A stretch of DNA of 52,093 nt from the NCBI GenBank assembly GCA_964604515.1, contig CAZRZA010000004.1, positions 1-52,093 of the forward strand. The letters are read 5' to 3'. The notes beneath the pieces were generated by a model that saw only the letters and a list, made by a program, of their open reading frames with translations, ran no database searches and was not told the origin of the DNA. A program made the position numbers and the translations under genes. This DNA comes from an uncultured Gammaproteobacteria bacterium. GTDB lineage: Bacteria > Patescibacteriota > Patescibacteriia > UBA1558 > GWA2-36-10. Of the stretch, positions 40,554-50,243 are shown in pieces (the stretch's first letter is position 1; each line of letters starts with the position of its first letter).

Positions 40554-41216
40554 GTGAAAAAGCTTATAGATAGTTTTGATGTTTTTGTTTTTGATCTTGA
40601 TAATACTTTAGTTTTTACTAATTTTGATTATATTTATAATTTAATTAAAAAAACTATTAATAATTTAGGGGGTATTATTCCTGATAAAGCATTAGCCAAG
40701 AAATTCTGGTATGCTGAAATAGATGGTAGGGAATGTATTTGGAATAACTTTAAATTACCTTATCATAGATTTTGGCATAAACTTAGAGAATATGATATAC
40801 CAGAAGAAAGGACAAAACGAACAGAAGTAATGGTTGGTGTTAACAGTGTTTTACAGTCTTTGAAGGATAATAATAAGAAATTAGCTATTATTACTAATGC
40901 TTATCCTCTTATTGCTATTGCTGAAATTAGACTATTAGCTATTAAATTTAACAAAGATAATGTTCTGGCTTTAGGAGACAATACTAGGTATACCCCTAAA
41001 CCTCATCGTCATAGTTTAGATTGTTTAAGAGAGGTTTATAATAATCAAACTAATTTTGTTTATATTGGAGATAGTCATGAAGATGCTCTTTTTGCTAAAA
41101 ACTCTGAAACACCATTTGTTCATTTTAATATTAATAATTCAGAATTGCCTTCTGATTTAGAATCTTTAACCAGTTTTAATGATTGGCAAGTATTTAATGA
41201 ATTATTGATAAAGTAA
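40554..41216 (+). CDS. HAD-superfamily hydrolase (phosphoglycolate phosphatase-like)
   Basis: FDLDNTL, IITN, KP, YIGDS.ED; start moved to GTG 40554 after AAGGAG. Confidence 0.9.
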   Translation: MKKLIDSFDVFVFDLDNTLVFTNFDYIYNLIKKTINNLGGIIPDKALAKKFWYAEIDGRECIWNNFKLPYHRFWHKLREYDIPEERTKRTEVMVGVNSVLQSLKDNNKKLAIITNAYPLIAIAEIRLLAIKFNKDNVLALGDNTRYTPKPHRHSLDCLREVYNNQTNFVYIGDSHEDALFAKNSETPFVHFNINNSELPSDLESLTSFNDWQVFNELLIK

Positions 41217-41247
41217 AAACCCTGTAATATTTATTACAGGGTTTTTT
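41215..41247. terminator. Bidirectional terminator between HAD and HTH genes
   Basis: AAAAACCCTGTAATA-TT-TATTACAGGGTTTTTT. Confidence 0.85.
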
Positions 41248-41248
41248 A

Positions 41249-41773
41249 TTATGAGTTTAATCTTAGCAAGAGACTTGCTAAAATATTAGTTGTCTCTTTA
41301 GCTTCCAGATCTTTTTCTAAATGTTTTTTATATAAGATATGTCTTATATTATTAAGAACAATATTTGTTTCAAAATCATTTATTCTCAAGAGAGCTAAGA
41401 CTTGTCTTTCTGGCCTATTAAGAGGAAGGCTAGAGAGATCATTCATAATATCATTAAAGGCATTATCTTTTTTACTTTCTATAACTACCCTTAAATCTTC
41501 TGAAAGAAGATCCTTTGTATTTAAATTAATTATTATACCGTCTTTTTCAAGCATAATAGTATTAATTTTACCACAGATCTTTTCCAGTTTTTTTTCACCA
41601 GGAACAACACCACTTTCCCATTGAATAAAAGAAGCTCCTGAATAAGAATAACCTAAGCTTGCCATTAGCTTTCTTCTGCTAAACTTAACTTTACTATTCT
41701 TTAAGTGAAAATATTTTTTACCAATAAATTCTATATTAGTAAAAAACATAGTTTTTATTTGATTTACTATCAT
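41249..41773 (-). CDS. Divergent XRE/Cro-type HTH protein
   Basis: SRRKLMASLGYS..ASFIQWESG..P..KKLEKI; start moved to ATG 41773 after AAGGAG. Confidence 0.6.
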   Translation of the reverse strand: MIVNQIKTMFFTNIEFIGKKYFHLKNSKVKFSRRKLMASLGYSYSGASFIQWESGVVPGEKKLEKICGKINTIMLEKDGIIINLNTKDLLSEDLRVVIESKKDNAFNDIMNDLSSLPLNRPERQVLALLRINDFETNIVLNNIRHILYKKHLEKDLEAKETTNILASLLLRLNS

Positions 41774-41801
41774 TTTCTTCTCCTTTTTTTTGTTAATGAA
41801 C

Positions 41802-41854
41802 ATTAAGTAATTTACTTAATATATCTTAATACCATGTTTATATTATTTTGTCAA
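41802..41854 (-). promoter_or_regulatory. Promoter with palindromic operator candidate
   Basis: Minus strand TTGACA-17bp-TATTAA; perfect palindrome ATTAAGTAA-T-TTACTTAAT at 41802-41820. Confidence 0.5.
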
Positions 41855-41865
41855 TGTTATATTTA

Positions 41866-41893
41866 ATAAAAAAACCTCTATGAAGAGGTTTTA
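41866..41893 (-). terminator. Terminator of rpmB
   Basis: AAAACCTCT/AGAGGTTTT hairpin with minus-strand T tract. Confidence 0.7.
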
Positions 41894-41898
41894 ATATT

Positions 41899-42087
41899 TT
41901 AAGCTGTAATTTCTTTTTTCTTCTTATTTATTGTTCTTAAACAAGAGGTACAAATATTAGTTTTTATACCAGCTATTTTTTTCTTCTGTAAATTAAGACT
42001 CATTTTTCTTTTAGTAGAAATATTAGAATGACTACGTAAATTTCCAGACATGGCTTTTCTATTACAAATTTCACAAACTTTAGACAT
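41899..42087 (-). CDS. rpmB: 50S ribosomal protein bL28 (Zn-binding type)
   Basis: MSKVCEIC...GN.RSHSN..TKR...NLQ...CTSCLRT; start moved to 42087. Confidence 0.94.
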   Translation of the reverse strand: MSKVCEICNRKAMSGNLRSHSNISTKRKMSLNLQKKKIAGIKTNICTSCLRTINKKKKEITA

Positions 42088-42167
42088 ATAGTTGATTTTT
42101 AATCTATTTAAGATATAATGTATAATGTTAAATAAAATAACATAAAAATTAATCATTGTAAAGACTT

Positions 42168-42797
42168 ATGCTTTTTAATTTATTATTCGAGAGTCCAGAA
42201 TTGTTTATTACTATAATACTGGCAATTATATATGCTATTACTATTCATGAATTTTCTCATGCTTTAGCTGCAGAAAGCTTAGGAGATGGTACAGCTAAAT
42301 TTAATGGTCGCCTTACTTTAAATCCTCTAGCTCATTTAGAGTTTTTAGGAGTTATTATGCTATTAATGGCTGGCTTTGGCTGGGGAAAGCCAGTGCCAGT
42401 TAATATTTATAATTTAAAATGGCAGAAATATGGAGAAGCTGTAGTTTCTATGGCCGGACCCCTTTCTAACTTTTTAAGTGTTATTTTATTCATAATACTA
42501 TTTAAATTATTTGCTCCTAATTTAGCTCCTAATAATTTATTATTTATTTTTTTAAGTAATTTAATAATTATTAATTTAGTTTTGGGAGTTTTTAATTTAA
42601 TACCCATACCACCTTTGGATGGCTCTAAGGTACTATTCGCTTTTTTGCCCAATAGTATGAACGAGCTGAAGAGAAAAATGACTATTAATGGACCTTGGAT
42701 TCTTTTAATTTTAATTATAGCTGATAATTTTTTAGGCTTTAATATCTTTGGCAGAATATTTTCTTACTTCATTAATTTAATAAATTACTTTATTTAA
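42168..42797 (+). CDS. Site-2 protease (M50) family
   Basis: HEFSH, GRLTLNPLAH, GWGKPVP, AGP, FNLIPIPPLDG. Confidence 0.95.
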   Translation: MLFNLLFESPELFITIILAIIYAITIHEFSHALAAESLGDGTAKFNGRLTLNPLAHLEFLGVIMLLMAGFGWGKPVPVNIYNLKWQKYGEAVVSMAGPLSNFLSVILFIILFKLFAPNLAPNNLLFIFLSNLIIINLVLGVFNLIPIPPLDGSKVLFAFLPNSMNELKRKMTINGPWILLILIIADNFLGFNIFGRIFSYFINLINYFI

Positions 42798-42806
42798 GTA
42801 ATAATA

Positions 42807-42835
42807 TTGACTATTTATTTTTTTTATGCTATTTT
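42807..42835 (+). promoter_or_regulatory. str operon promoter
   Basis: TTGACT-17bp-TATTTT with extended TG; leader hairpin TTTAAAAGC/GCTTTTAAA. Confidence 0.55.
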
Positions 42836-42890
42836 ATCAAGGACTTTAAAAGCCCAAGCTTTTAAATTTATTTAATTTAGAATAATTAAT

Positions 42891-43310
42891 ATGCCTACCG
42901 TAAATCAATTATTAAGAAAACCAAGAAAAACAAAGAAGAAGAAGTCTAAGACTCCTGCTTTGCGTCGTACTTCTAATACTTTGAAGAGAACTAAAAAAGA
43001 TTTAGACAGAGGAGCTCCTTTTAAAAGAGGTGTTTGTGTTAAGGTTACTACTGTTACCCCTAAAAAACCTAATTCAGCTTTAAGAAAAATAGCCAGAGTT
43101 AGATTATCTAATGGTATGGAAGTTACTGCTTATATTCCAGGAGTAGGTCATAATTTACAAGAACATAGTATTGTTTTAATTAGAGGAGGAAGAGTAAAAG
43201 ATTTAGCTGGTGTACGATATCATGTTGTGCGTGGAGTATATGATACTCAGGGAGTAGAAGGTCGTAAGCAAGGTAGATCGTTATACGGTACTAAAAAAGA
43301 TAAGAAATAA
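42891..43310 (+). CDS. rpsL: 30S ribosomal protein uS12
   Basis: [25 protein letters not shown]. Confidence 0.99.
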   Translation: MPTVNQLLRKPRKTKKKKSKTPALRRTSNTLKRTKKDLDRGAPFKRGVCVKVTTVTPKKPNSALRKIARVRLSNGMEVTAYIPGVGHNLQEHSIVLIRGGRVKDLAGVRYHVVRGVYDTQGVEGRKQGRSLYGTKKDKK

Positions 43311-43315
43311 ATAAT

Positions 43316-43783
43316 ATGAGAGGTAAAAAAGCACCAGTAAGAGAAATTAAAGCAGACCCTAGATTCAATAGAGTTGATTTAGCTAAATTTATAAATAAAA
43401 TAATGATTAGTGGTAAGAAAACCACCGCTCAAAGAATAGTGTATAAAGCTTTTGATTATATTTCTAGTAAAACCAAACAAGATCCTTTAGAAATATATGA
43501 TACTGCTATGAATAATATTTCTCCTGTTTTAGAAGTTAAAGGTAAGAGAATAGGTGGTGCTAATTATCAGGTGCCGATAGTTGTTTCTGGTAATAGAAAA
43601 TTAACCTTAGCTCATCGTTGGTTAATAGCTGCTTCTAAATCTCGTAAAGGTATAGATATGGCAACTTCTTTAGCTAATGAGCTAATAGCTGCTTCTAAAG
43701 GTGAGGGAGAGGCAATGAAGAAAAGAGAAGATGTGCAAAGAATGGCTGAAGCTAATAAAGCTTTTGCTCATTTTGCTAGATAA
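43316..43783 (+). CDS. rpsG: 30S ribosomal protein uS7
   Basis: GKKTTA, RIGGANYQVP, MAEANKAFAHF. Confidence 0.98.
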   Translation: MRGKKAPVREIKADPRFNRVDLAKFINKIMISGKKTTAQRIVYKAFDYISSKTKQDPLEIYDTAMNNISPVLEVKGKRIGGANYQVPIVVSGNRKLTLAHRWLIAASKSRKGIDMATSLANELIAASKGEGEAMKKREDVQRMAEANKAFAHFAR

Positions 43784-43833
43784 ATAAAAGATAAACTCTT
43801 CTTGAGAGAGTTTATGCTTAAATAAAAATATAT

Positions 43834-45936
43834 ATGTCCAGGAAAACTCCCTTAGAAAAAGTAAGAAATATTGGTATTATGGCCCATATTGATGCCGGTA
43901 AGACTACGGTTACAGAGCGTATTCTTTTTTATACTGGTAAGAAACATAAAATTGGTGAAGTTCATGAAGGTGAAGCAGAAATGGATTGGATGGAGCAAGA
44001 ACAAGAAAGAGGTATTACAATTACCTCAGCTGCTACTACTTGTTTTTGGCCTATTCCAAAATGGTTAGATGAAAAAGAAGAAAGTGCTAATATTAATATT
44101 ATTGATACTCCAGGTCACGTTGATTTTACAGTAGAAGTGGAAAGATCTTTAAGAGTATTAGATGGGGGAGTTATTGTTTTTGATGGTGTTGCTGGTGTTG
44201 AACCTCAATCAGAAACAGTTTGGAGACAAGCTGATAAATACCATGTTCCTCGTATTGGTTTTATTAATAAAATGGATAGAATGGGAGCAGACTTTTATTA
44301 TGACTTAGGCACTATTCATGAAAGATTAACTAAAAATGCTCATCCTATGCAATTACCAATTGGTGCTGCAGAGAATTTTGAGGGAATTATTAATCTTTTA
44401 GAGAGAGAAGCTTGGTATTATTTAGACGAAGATGGTAAAGAATTTGAAAAGAGAGGTGTTCCCGAAGACTTAAAAGATAAAGTAGAAGAATATCGTCATC
44501 AGTTAATAGAGGCTATTGTTGAAAATGATGAAGCTTTAATGGAAAAATATTTAAATGAAGAAGAATTAGATATATTAGAATTAAAGAAGGCCTTAAGAAA
44601 AGGAGTTATTGCTAATAAGATAGTACCTATTTTTGTGGGCTCTGCTTTAAAGAATAAAGGAGTACAATTTCTTTTAGATGCTATTACTGCTTATTTACCT
44701 TCTCCTTTAGATGTTCCTCCAATTGAAGGTAATGATCCTCGTGATGAAGAAAAGATAATAGCTGTTAAACAGGCTGATGATGAACCATTTACAGCCATTG
44801 CTTTTAAAATAGCAACTGATCCTTTCGTTGGTAAATTATCATTTATCAGAGTATATTCTGGAACCTTAAAATCTGGTTCTTATGTTTATAATGCTAATTC
44901 AAATAAAAAAGAAAGAATTGGTCGTATTTTAAGAATGCATGCTAATTCTCGAGAAGAAGTAGATGAAATTAGAACCGGTGATATTGTTGCTGTGGTTGGC
45001 TTAAAAGCCACTACTACTGGACATACTTTATGTGATCCAGAAAGAAAAGTAGCCTTAGAAAGTATGGAATTCCCAGCCCCTGTTATTTTTGTAGCTGTCG
45101 AACCAAAAACCAAACAAGACCAAGAAAAGATGGGTTTAGCTTTAGCTAAATTAGCAGAAGAAGACCCTACCTTTACAGTTCGTAGTGATGAAGAAACTAA
45201 TCAAACTATTATTGGTGGTATGGGAGAGCTTCATTTAGAGGTTATTATAGATAGAATGAAAAGAGAATTTTCAGTGGAAGCTAATGTTGGTGCTCCACAG
45301 GTAGCTTATAAAGAAACAATTACTATTGATTCTGAAGGTGAATCTAAATATGTTAAACAGTCAGGTGGTCGTGGTCAATATGGGCACTGTTTATTAAGAT
45401 TAGAAACCCTAGAAAGAGGTACTGGTTTTGAATTTACTGATGAATTAAAAGGTGGTTCTATTCCCAAAGAATATGTTCCTGCTATTGAAAAGGGTATTAA
45501 AGAAACAATGGCTAATGGTATTATAGCTGGTTATCAAATACAAGATATTAAAGTTACTGTTTATGATGGTTCATATCATGAAGTTGATTCATCTGAAGCA
45601 GCTTTTAAGATTTCTGGGTCTCTAGCTTTTAAAGATGCTTTTGCTAAGGCTAAGCCAGTATTATTAGAACCAGTTATGGCTGTTGAAGCTGTTACTCCTG
45701 AAGATTATATGGGAGATGTTATTGGTGATTTAAATGCCAAAAGAGGACAAGTATCAGAAATGGAAGATAGATCAGACGGTATTAAGGTTATTAAAGCTAT
45801 TGTTCCTTTAGCAGAAATGTTTGGTTATGCTACTACTTTAAGAAGTATGACTCAAGGTAGGGCTAGTTATAGTATGGAATTTGATAATTATAAAGAAACA
45901 CCAAAGAACATTGCAGAAGAAGTGATGAAGAAATAA
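43834..45936 (+). CDS. fusA: Elongation factor G
   Basis: [43 protein letters not shown]. Confidence 0.99.
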   Translation: MSRKTPLEKVRNIGIMAHIDAGKTTVTERILFYTGKKHKIGEVHEGEAEMDWMEQEQERGITITSAATTCFWPIPKWLDEKEESANINIIDTPGHVDFTVEVERSLRVLDGGVIVFDGVAGVEPQSETVWRQADKYHVPRIGFINKMDRMGADFYYDLGTIHERLTKNAHPMQLPIGAAENFEGIINLLEREAWYYLDEDGKEFEKRGVPEDLKDKVEEYRHQLIEAIVENDEALMEKYLNEEELDILELKKALRKGVIANKIVPIFVGSALKNKGVQFLLDAITAYLPSPLDVPPIEGNDPRDEEKIIAVKQADDEPFTAIAFKIATDPFVGKLSFIRVYSGTLKSGSYVYNANSNKKERIGRILRMHANSREEVDEIRTGDIVAVVGLKATTTGHTLCDPERKVALESMEFPAPVIFVAVEPKTKQDQEKMGLALAKLAEEDPTFTVRSDEETNQTIIGGMGELHLEVIIDRMKREFSVEANVGAPQVAYKETITIDSEGESKYVKQSGGRGQYGHCLLRLETLERGTGFEFTDELKGGSIPKEYVPAIEKGIKETMANGIIAGYQIQDIKVTVYDGSYHEVDSSEAAFKISGSLAFKDAFAKAKPVLLEPVMAVEAVTPEDYMGDVIGDLNAKRGQVSEMEDRSDGIKVIKAIVPLAEMFGYATTLRSMTQGRASYSMEFDNYKETPKNIAEEVMKK

Positions 45937-45949
45937 ATTAAATAAAAGT

Positions 45950-45985
45950 AAAAGCACTGACATCTATCAGTGCTTTTTTATTTTT
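45950..45985 (+). terminator. Terminator after fusA
   Basis: AAAAGCACTGA-loop-TCAGTGCTTTTTT. Confidence 0.85.
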
Positions 45986-46081
45986 ATAATAATAATTAAT
46001 TTTCTATAACTTCTTTTAAATATTTAATTGACAATAGTATATATAATGTATAATATATGGGAATAAATAATTAATAAATAT

Positions 46082-46456
46082 ATGAAGAATTTTGATAAAA
46101 TTTTAGACTTAATTAGTAAAACAGGGGATAAAGTAATTGTTGTCTCTGAGAAACATAATCCTTATGTCTTGATGAGCATGAAAGAATATAGCTCTATACT
46201 ACGAGGATCTTCAACGGTTAATGAATTAAGCGAAGAAGAATTATTAAGTAAGATAAATAGAGATATTGCTATTTGGAAAGCCTCTCAAGATGATAGTGAA
46301 GATGACAAAGAACTTAAAGGATATGATTTAGAAGAGTTTAAAGTAGACAGCAAAGAGAAGAAGAATATAGAAAAATCTTCTTTGATTAAAGAAGAAAAAG
46401 GGGAGGAAGAAGAGGATAAGTATTATATTGAACCAGTAGAGGATAATATTAGCTAA
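46082..46456 (+). CDS. Hypothetical protein, Phd/YefM-like N-terminus with acidic tail
   Basis: TGDKVIVV...YVLMSMKEY pattern; own promoter TTGACA at 46028. Confidence 0.7.
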   Translation: MKNFDKILDLISKTGDKVIVVSEKHNPYVLMSMKEYSSILRGSSTVNELSEEELLSKINRDIAIWKASQDDSEDDKELKGYDLEEFKVDSKEKKNIEKSSLIKEEKGEEEEDKYYIEPVEDNIS

Positions 46457-46501
46457 TATTAGGTAAAATATAGATATAGTATTATTTTATAGTCTAGAGA
46501 C

Positions 46502-46530
46502 TTGCCAAAACTTTAAAATGGTGCTATAAT
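46502..46530 (+). promoter_or_regulatory. tuf promoter
   Basis: TTGCCA-17bp-TATAAT with extended TG. Confidence 0.7.
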
Positions 46531-46629
46531 CTTTGTGTTTTAATTAATAAATTTAATAAATAAATTAAGATAGCTGGATTACAAATCCTTATGAAATATT
46601 GAGGTGCTATCCAAAGAAAAAATAAAATT

Positions 46630-47817
46630 ATGGCAGAAGTATTTAAGAGAGAAAAACCACATGTTAATGTTGGTACAATTGGTCATGTTGATCATGGTAA
46701 AACAACTTTAACAGCAGCAATGTTAAAAGTATTAGCAGAAGCAGGTGGTGTTGCTCAAAGTAAAGATGTTGCTCAAATTGATAATGCTCCCGAAGAAAAA
46801 GATCGTGGTATTACAATTGCAACCTCTCATGTAGAGTATGAGTCAGATAATAGACATTATGCTCATGTAGATTGTCCCGGTCATGCTGACTATGTTAAGA
46901 ACATGATTACTGGTGCAGCTCAAATGGATGGTGCTATCTTAGTTGTTTCTGCAGCTGATGGTCCTATGCCTCAAACTAGAGAACATATTTTACTTGCTCG
47001 TCAAGTTGGCGTTCCTTATATTGTTGTTTTCTTAAACAAAATGGATCAAGTTGATGATCCAGAATTAGTAGATTTAGTTGAAGAAGAAATTAGAGAATTA
47101 TTAACTAAATATGAATTTCCTGGTGATAAGACACCGATAATTAGAGGTTCAGCTATTAAAGCTTTAGAAGACCCTAAGGGTGAAGGTTCTAAACCTATTT
47201 TAGAATTAGTAAAAGCTTTAGATGAATATATTCCTACCCCAGAAAGAGATACTGAAAAACCATTTCTAATGCCTATTGAAGATATATTTTCAATTGAAGG
47301 TCGTGGTACAGTAGTAACTGGTCGTATTGAAAGAGGGATACTTAAATTAAACGATGAAGTAGAAATGGTTGGCTTACAAGATACTAGTAAAACAGTTATT
47401 ACTGGTATTGAGATGTTTAATAAGCAATTAGAAGAAGGTCAAGCTGGTGATAATGCTGGATTACTATTAAGAGGTACTAAGAAAGACGAAGTACAACGTG
47501 GTCAAGTATTAGCTAAACCAGGTAGTATTACGCCTCATACTGAATTTGAAGCTGAAGTTTATATTTTAAACAAAGAAGAGGGTGGTCGTCATACTCCTTT
47601 CTTTAAAGGATATAAACCACAGTTTTACATCCGTACTACTGATGTTACTGGTGAAGTTACTTTACCAGAAGGTACAGAAATGGTAATGCCCGGGGATACT
47701 ATTACTTTTATAGTAAAGTTAATCCACCCTGTTGCTTTAGAAGAACAATCTCGTTTTGCTATTCGTGAAGGTGGTCATACTGTTGGTGCTGGTGTTGTAA
47801 CTAAAATTGTTAAATAA
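46630..47817 (+). CDS. tuf: Elongation factor Tu
   Basis: [30 protein letters not shown]. Confidence 0.99.
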   Translation: MAEVFKREKPHVNVGTIGHVDHGKTTLTAAMLKVLAEAGGVAQSKDVAQIDNAPEEKDRGITIATSHVEYESDNRHYAHVDCPGHADYVKNMITGAAQMDGAILVVSAADGPMPQTREHILLARQVGVPYIVVFLNKMDQVDDPELVDLVEEEIRELLTKYEFPGDKTPIIRGSAIKALEDPKGEGSKPILELVKALDEYIPTPERDTEKPFLMPIEDIFSIEGRGTVVTGRIERGILKLNDEVEMVGLQDTSKTVITGIEMFNKQLEEGQAGDNAGLLLRGTKKDEVQRGQVLAKPGSITPHTEFEAEVYILNKEEGGRHTPFFKGYKPQFYIRTTDVTGEVTLPEGTEMVMPGDTITFIVKLIHPVALEEQSRFAIREGGHTVGAGVVTKIVK

Positions 47818-47824
47818 ATAATAT

Positions 47825-47849
47825 ATCCTCCCCCTTTGGGGGAGGGTTT
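47825..47849 (+). terminator. GC-rich hairpin after tuf (partial terminator or stabiliser)
   Basis: CCTCCCCC-TTT-GGGGGAGG with short T tract. Confidence 0.6.
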
Positions 47850-47892
47850 ATATTAAGTAAATTATTAATAAGAAGTAAATTAACATAACTCA

Positions 47893-48222
47893 ATGTCTGT
47901 TAAAGAAAAAGAAGAGAATCAAAATAGAATTAGGATTAAGATTAGAGCTTATGATCATAAGGTTATTGATCAGTCTACTAAAACTATCATCGAAACAGTT
48001 GAAAGATCTGGTGCGGAGATAGTAGGACCAATTCCTTTACCAACAGAAAAGAAGAAATTCACTGTTTTAAGATCAACCTTTGTTCACAAAGATGCTCGTG
48101 ATCAATATGAGATGAGAACTCATAAAAGATTATTAGACATTATTAGTCCCACCCCTAAAACAGTTGACTCTTTAATGAATTTGAATTTACCAGCTGGAGT
48201 AGATATTGAGATTAAAATGTAA
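47893..48222 (+). CDS. rpsJ: 30S ribosomal protein uS10
   Basis: [23 protein letters not shown]. Confidence 0.98.
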   Translation: MSVKEKEENQNRIRIKIRAYDHKVIDQSTKTIIETVERSGAEIVGPIPLPTEKKKFTVLRSTFVHKDARDQYEMRTHKRLLDIISPTPKTVDSLMNLNLPAGVDIEIKM

Positions 48223-48409
48223 GTAAAATATCTTTTTTACTTGAATAACCCTTATTAGGAAGTGTTTAAGGAGATAAAGATATTAAGGATTTAAAAGCGT
48301 TTCGATTTAAAATAAGAAATTAAATACTAATAAATATATTAGTGATCGCGAATTGTCCTTAAAATTATATTTTTGAGAATAATTCGCGATTTTAAATTAA
48401 AAGAAATAT

Positions 48410-49177
48410 ATGGCTAAGTTTATCTTAGGAAAAAAATTAAATATGACACAAAAGTTCCAAGAAGATGGAACTGTTGTTCCAGTTACTGCTGTACAGGCTG
48501 GTCCTTGTACAATTACACAAGTTAAAGGTGATAAAGAGGGATATACTGCTGTGCAAATTGGTTTTGGTAATAAAAAGAAGATAAATAAACCATTAGCAGG
48601 TCATTTAAAAGATTTGGCTAATTTTCGTTTTTTAAAAGAATTTAAAGTAAAGAATACTGATAATTTAGCCAAAGGAAAAACCTTTGATGTTTCTACTTTT
48701 GAAGTCGGAGACATTTTAAAAATTACAGGCGTTTCTAAGGGCAAAGGATTTCAAGGTGTTGTTAAAAGACATGGTTTCAAAGGTGGTCCCGCTTCTCATG
48801 GTCATAAAGATCAATTAAGAATGCCTGGATCTATTGGTGCTACCGCTCCAGCTCGTGTTTTTAAAGGAACTCGTATGGGAGGAAGAATGGGTACTGATAC
48901 AGTAACTGTTTCTAATTTAGAATTAATTGAAATTGATAGAGAAAACAATATCTTATATATTAAAGGTGCTGTACCTGGTGCTCGTAATGGTTTAATTATG
49001 ATTAAAACAGAAGGAGAGTTATCTTTTATTGAGAAAAAAATTAAAGAAAAGAAAAAAGAAGTAAAGTCTGAAGAAAAAGTAGAAAAGAAAGAAGATTCTA
49101 AAGATATTAAAGTTGTAGAAAAGAAAGAAGAAGCAAAGCCTGAGACTAAAGAAGATAAAACGGAAGAAAAGAAATAA
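48410..49177 (+). CDS. rplC: 50S ribosomal protein uL3 with K/E-rich tail
   Basis: GKKLNMTQ, SKGKGFQG, KGAVPG. Confidence 0.98.
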   Translation: MAKFILGKKLNMTQKFQEDGTVVPVTAVQAGPCTITQVKGDKEGYTAVQIGFGNKKKINKPLAGHLKDLANFRFLKEFKVKNTDNLAKGKTFDVSTFEVGDILKITGVSKGKGFQGVVKRHGFKGGPASHGHKDQLRMPGSIGATAPARVFKGTRMGGRMGTDTVTVSNLELIEIDRENNILYIKGAVPGARNGLIMIKTEGELSFIEKKIKEKKKEVKSEEKVEKKEDSKDIKVVEKKEEAKPETKEDKTEEKK

Positions 49178-49181
49178 ATAT

Positions 49182-49817
49182 ATGAAAGAAATAAAAGTAA
49201 AAGTATATAATTTCGAAGGTCAAGAAGTTGGAAATGAAGCTCTAGATTCTGCTTTATTTAATACAGAATTAAATAAAGAATTACTACAACAAGTATTAAT
49301 AGCTCAGGATGCTAATTCCAGAGAAGCTATTGCTCATACCAAAGGCAGAACTGAAGTTAGGGGTGGCGGTAAAAAGCCTTGGAAACAAAAAGGAACTGGT
49401 CGTGCTAGACATGGCTCTTCTCGTTCTCCAATTTGGTCTGGTGGTGGTGTAACTTTTGGACCTACCGCTAGTCGTAATTTTAGCAAAAGAGTTAATAAGA
49501 AAGTAAAGAGAAAAGCTTTGGCTATGGTTTTAACAGATAAGGCTATTAATAATAATTTAATAGTATTAGAATCATATGACTTACCACAAGCTAAAACAAA
49601 AACATTAAAATTAGCTTTAAATAAATTACCAAGTAAAGATCAAAAACAATTAATAGTAACTAAAGGAGCTGAAGAAAATATAGTTACTGCTTCTCAAAAC
49701 TTACCAAAAGTAAATACTATTAATTATGCTAGTCTAAATATTAGAGACTTATTAAAGAATCAATATCTTTTAATTACTAAAGAATTATTAGAAAGAGTTA
49801 AGAAGCATTATTCATAA
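49182..49817 (+). CDS. rplD: 50S ribosomal protein uL4
   Basis: KPWKQKGTGRARHGS, GGGVTFGP. Confidence 0.98.
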   Translation: MKEIKVKVYNFEGQEVGNEALDSALFNTELNKELLQQVLIAQDANSREAIAHTKGRTEVRGGGKKPWKQKGTGRARHGSSRSPIWSGGGVTFGPTASRNFSKRVNKKVKRKALAMVLTDKAINNNLIVLESYDLPQAKTKTLKLALNKLPSKDQKQLIVTKGAEENIVTASQNLPKVNTINYASLNIRDLLKNQYLLITKELLERVKKHYS

Positions 49818-49821
49818 ATAT

Positions 49822-50238
49822 ATGGGTTTATTCAGTAAAAAAAGTAAAAAAGACGATAAAGATCTTAAAAAAGAAGAAGGTTCTCTTAAGGTAGAAAAAA
49901 AAGCAATAAAGAAAGAAGTTAAAAAGGTAGAAAAAAAAGTACATCAAGATAATAAAACAGCATATAAAGTATTAATAAAACCTATTATTTCAGAAAAAGC
50001 TACTTTAGGTGTTGATCAAGGTAAATATGTTTTTGAAGTATCTAGTAGAGCCAATAAAGTTGAAATCAAGAAAGCTGTTAATGAAATTTATGGTCTGAAA
50101 CCAATTAAAGTAAATATTATTAATAGTTTAGGTAAAGTAGTTACTTTTGGTCGTAAAAAGGGTAGAAGAAAAGATACTAGAAAAGCTATTATTACCCTTA
50201 AAAAAGGTGAAACTATTAATATTTATGAAGGTATTTAA
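49822..50238 (+). CDS. rplW: 50S ribosomal protein uL23 with N-terminal extension
   Basis: [28 protein letters not shown]. Confidence 0.97.
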   Translation: MGLFSKKSKKDDKDLKKEEGSLKVEKKAIKKEVKKVEKKVHQDNKTAYKVLIKPIISEKATLGVDQGKYVFEVSSRANKVEIKKAVNEIYGLKPIKVNIINSLGKVVTFGRKKGRRKDTRKAIITLKKGETINIYEGI

Positions 50239-50243
50239 AATAT

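Noticed and set aside
43791-43815. Hairpin between rpsG and fusA as an S7 operator
   Set aside because: Simple stem-loop without further features; could be a stability element, so support is insufficient
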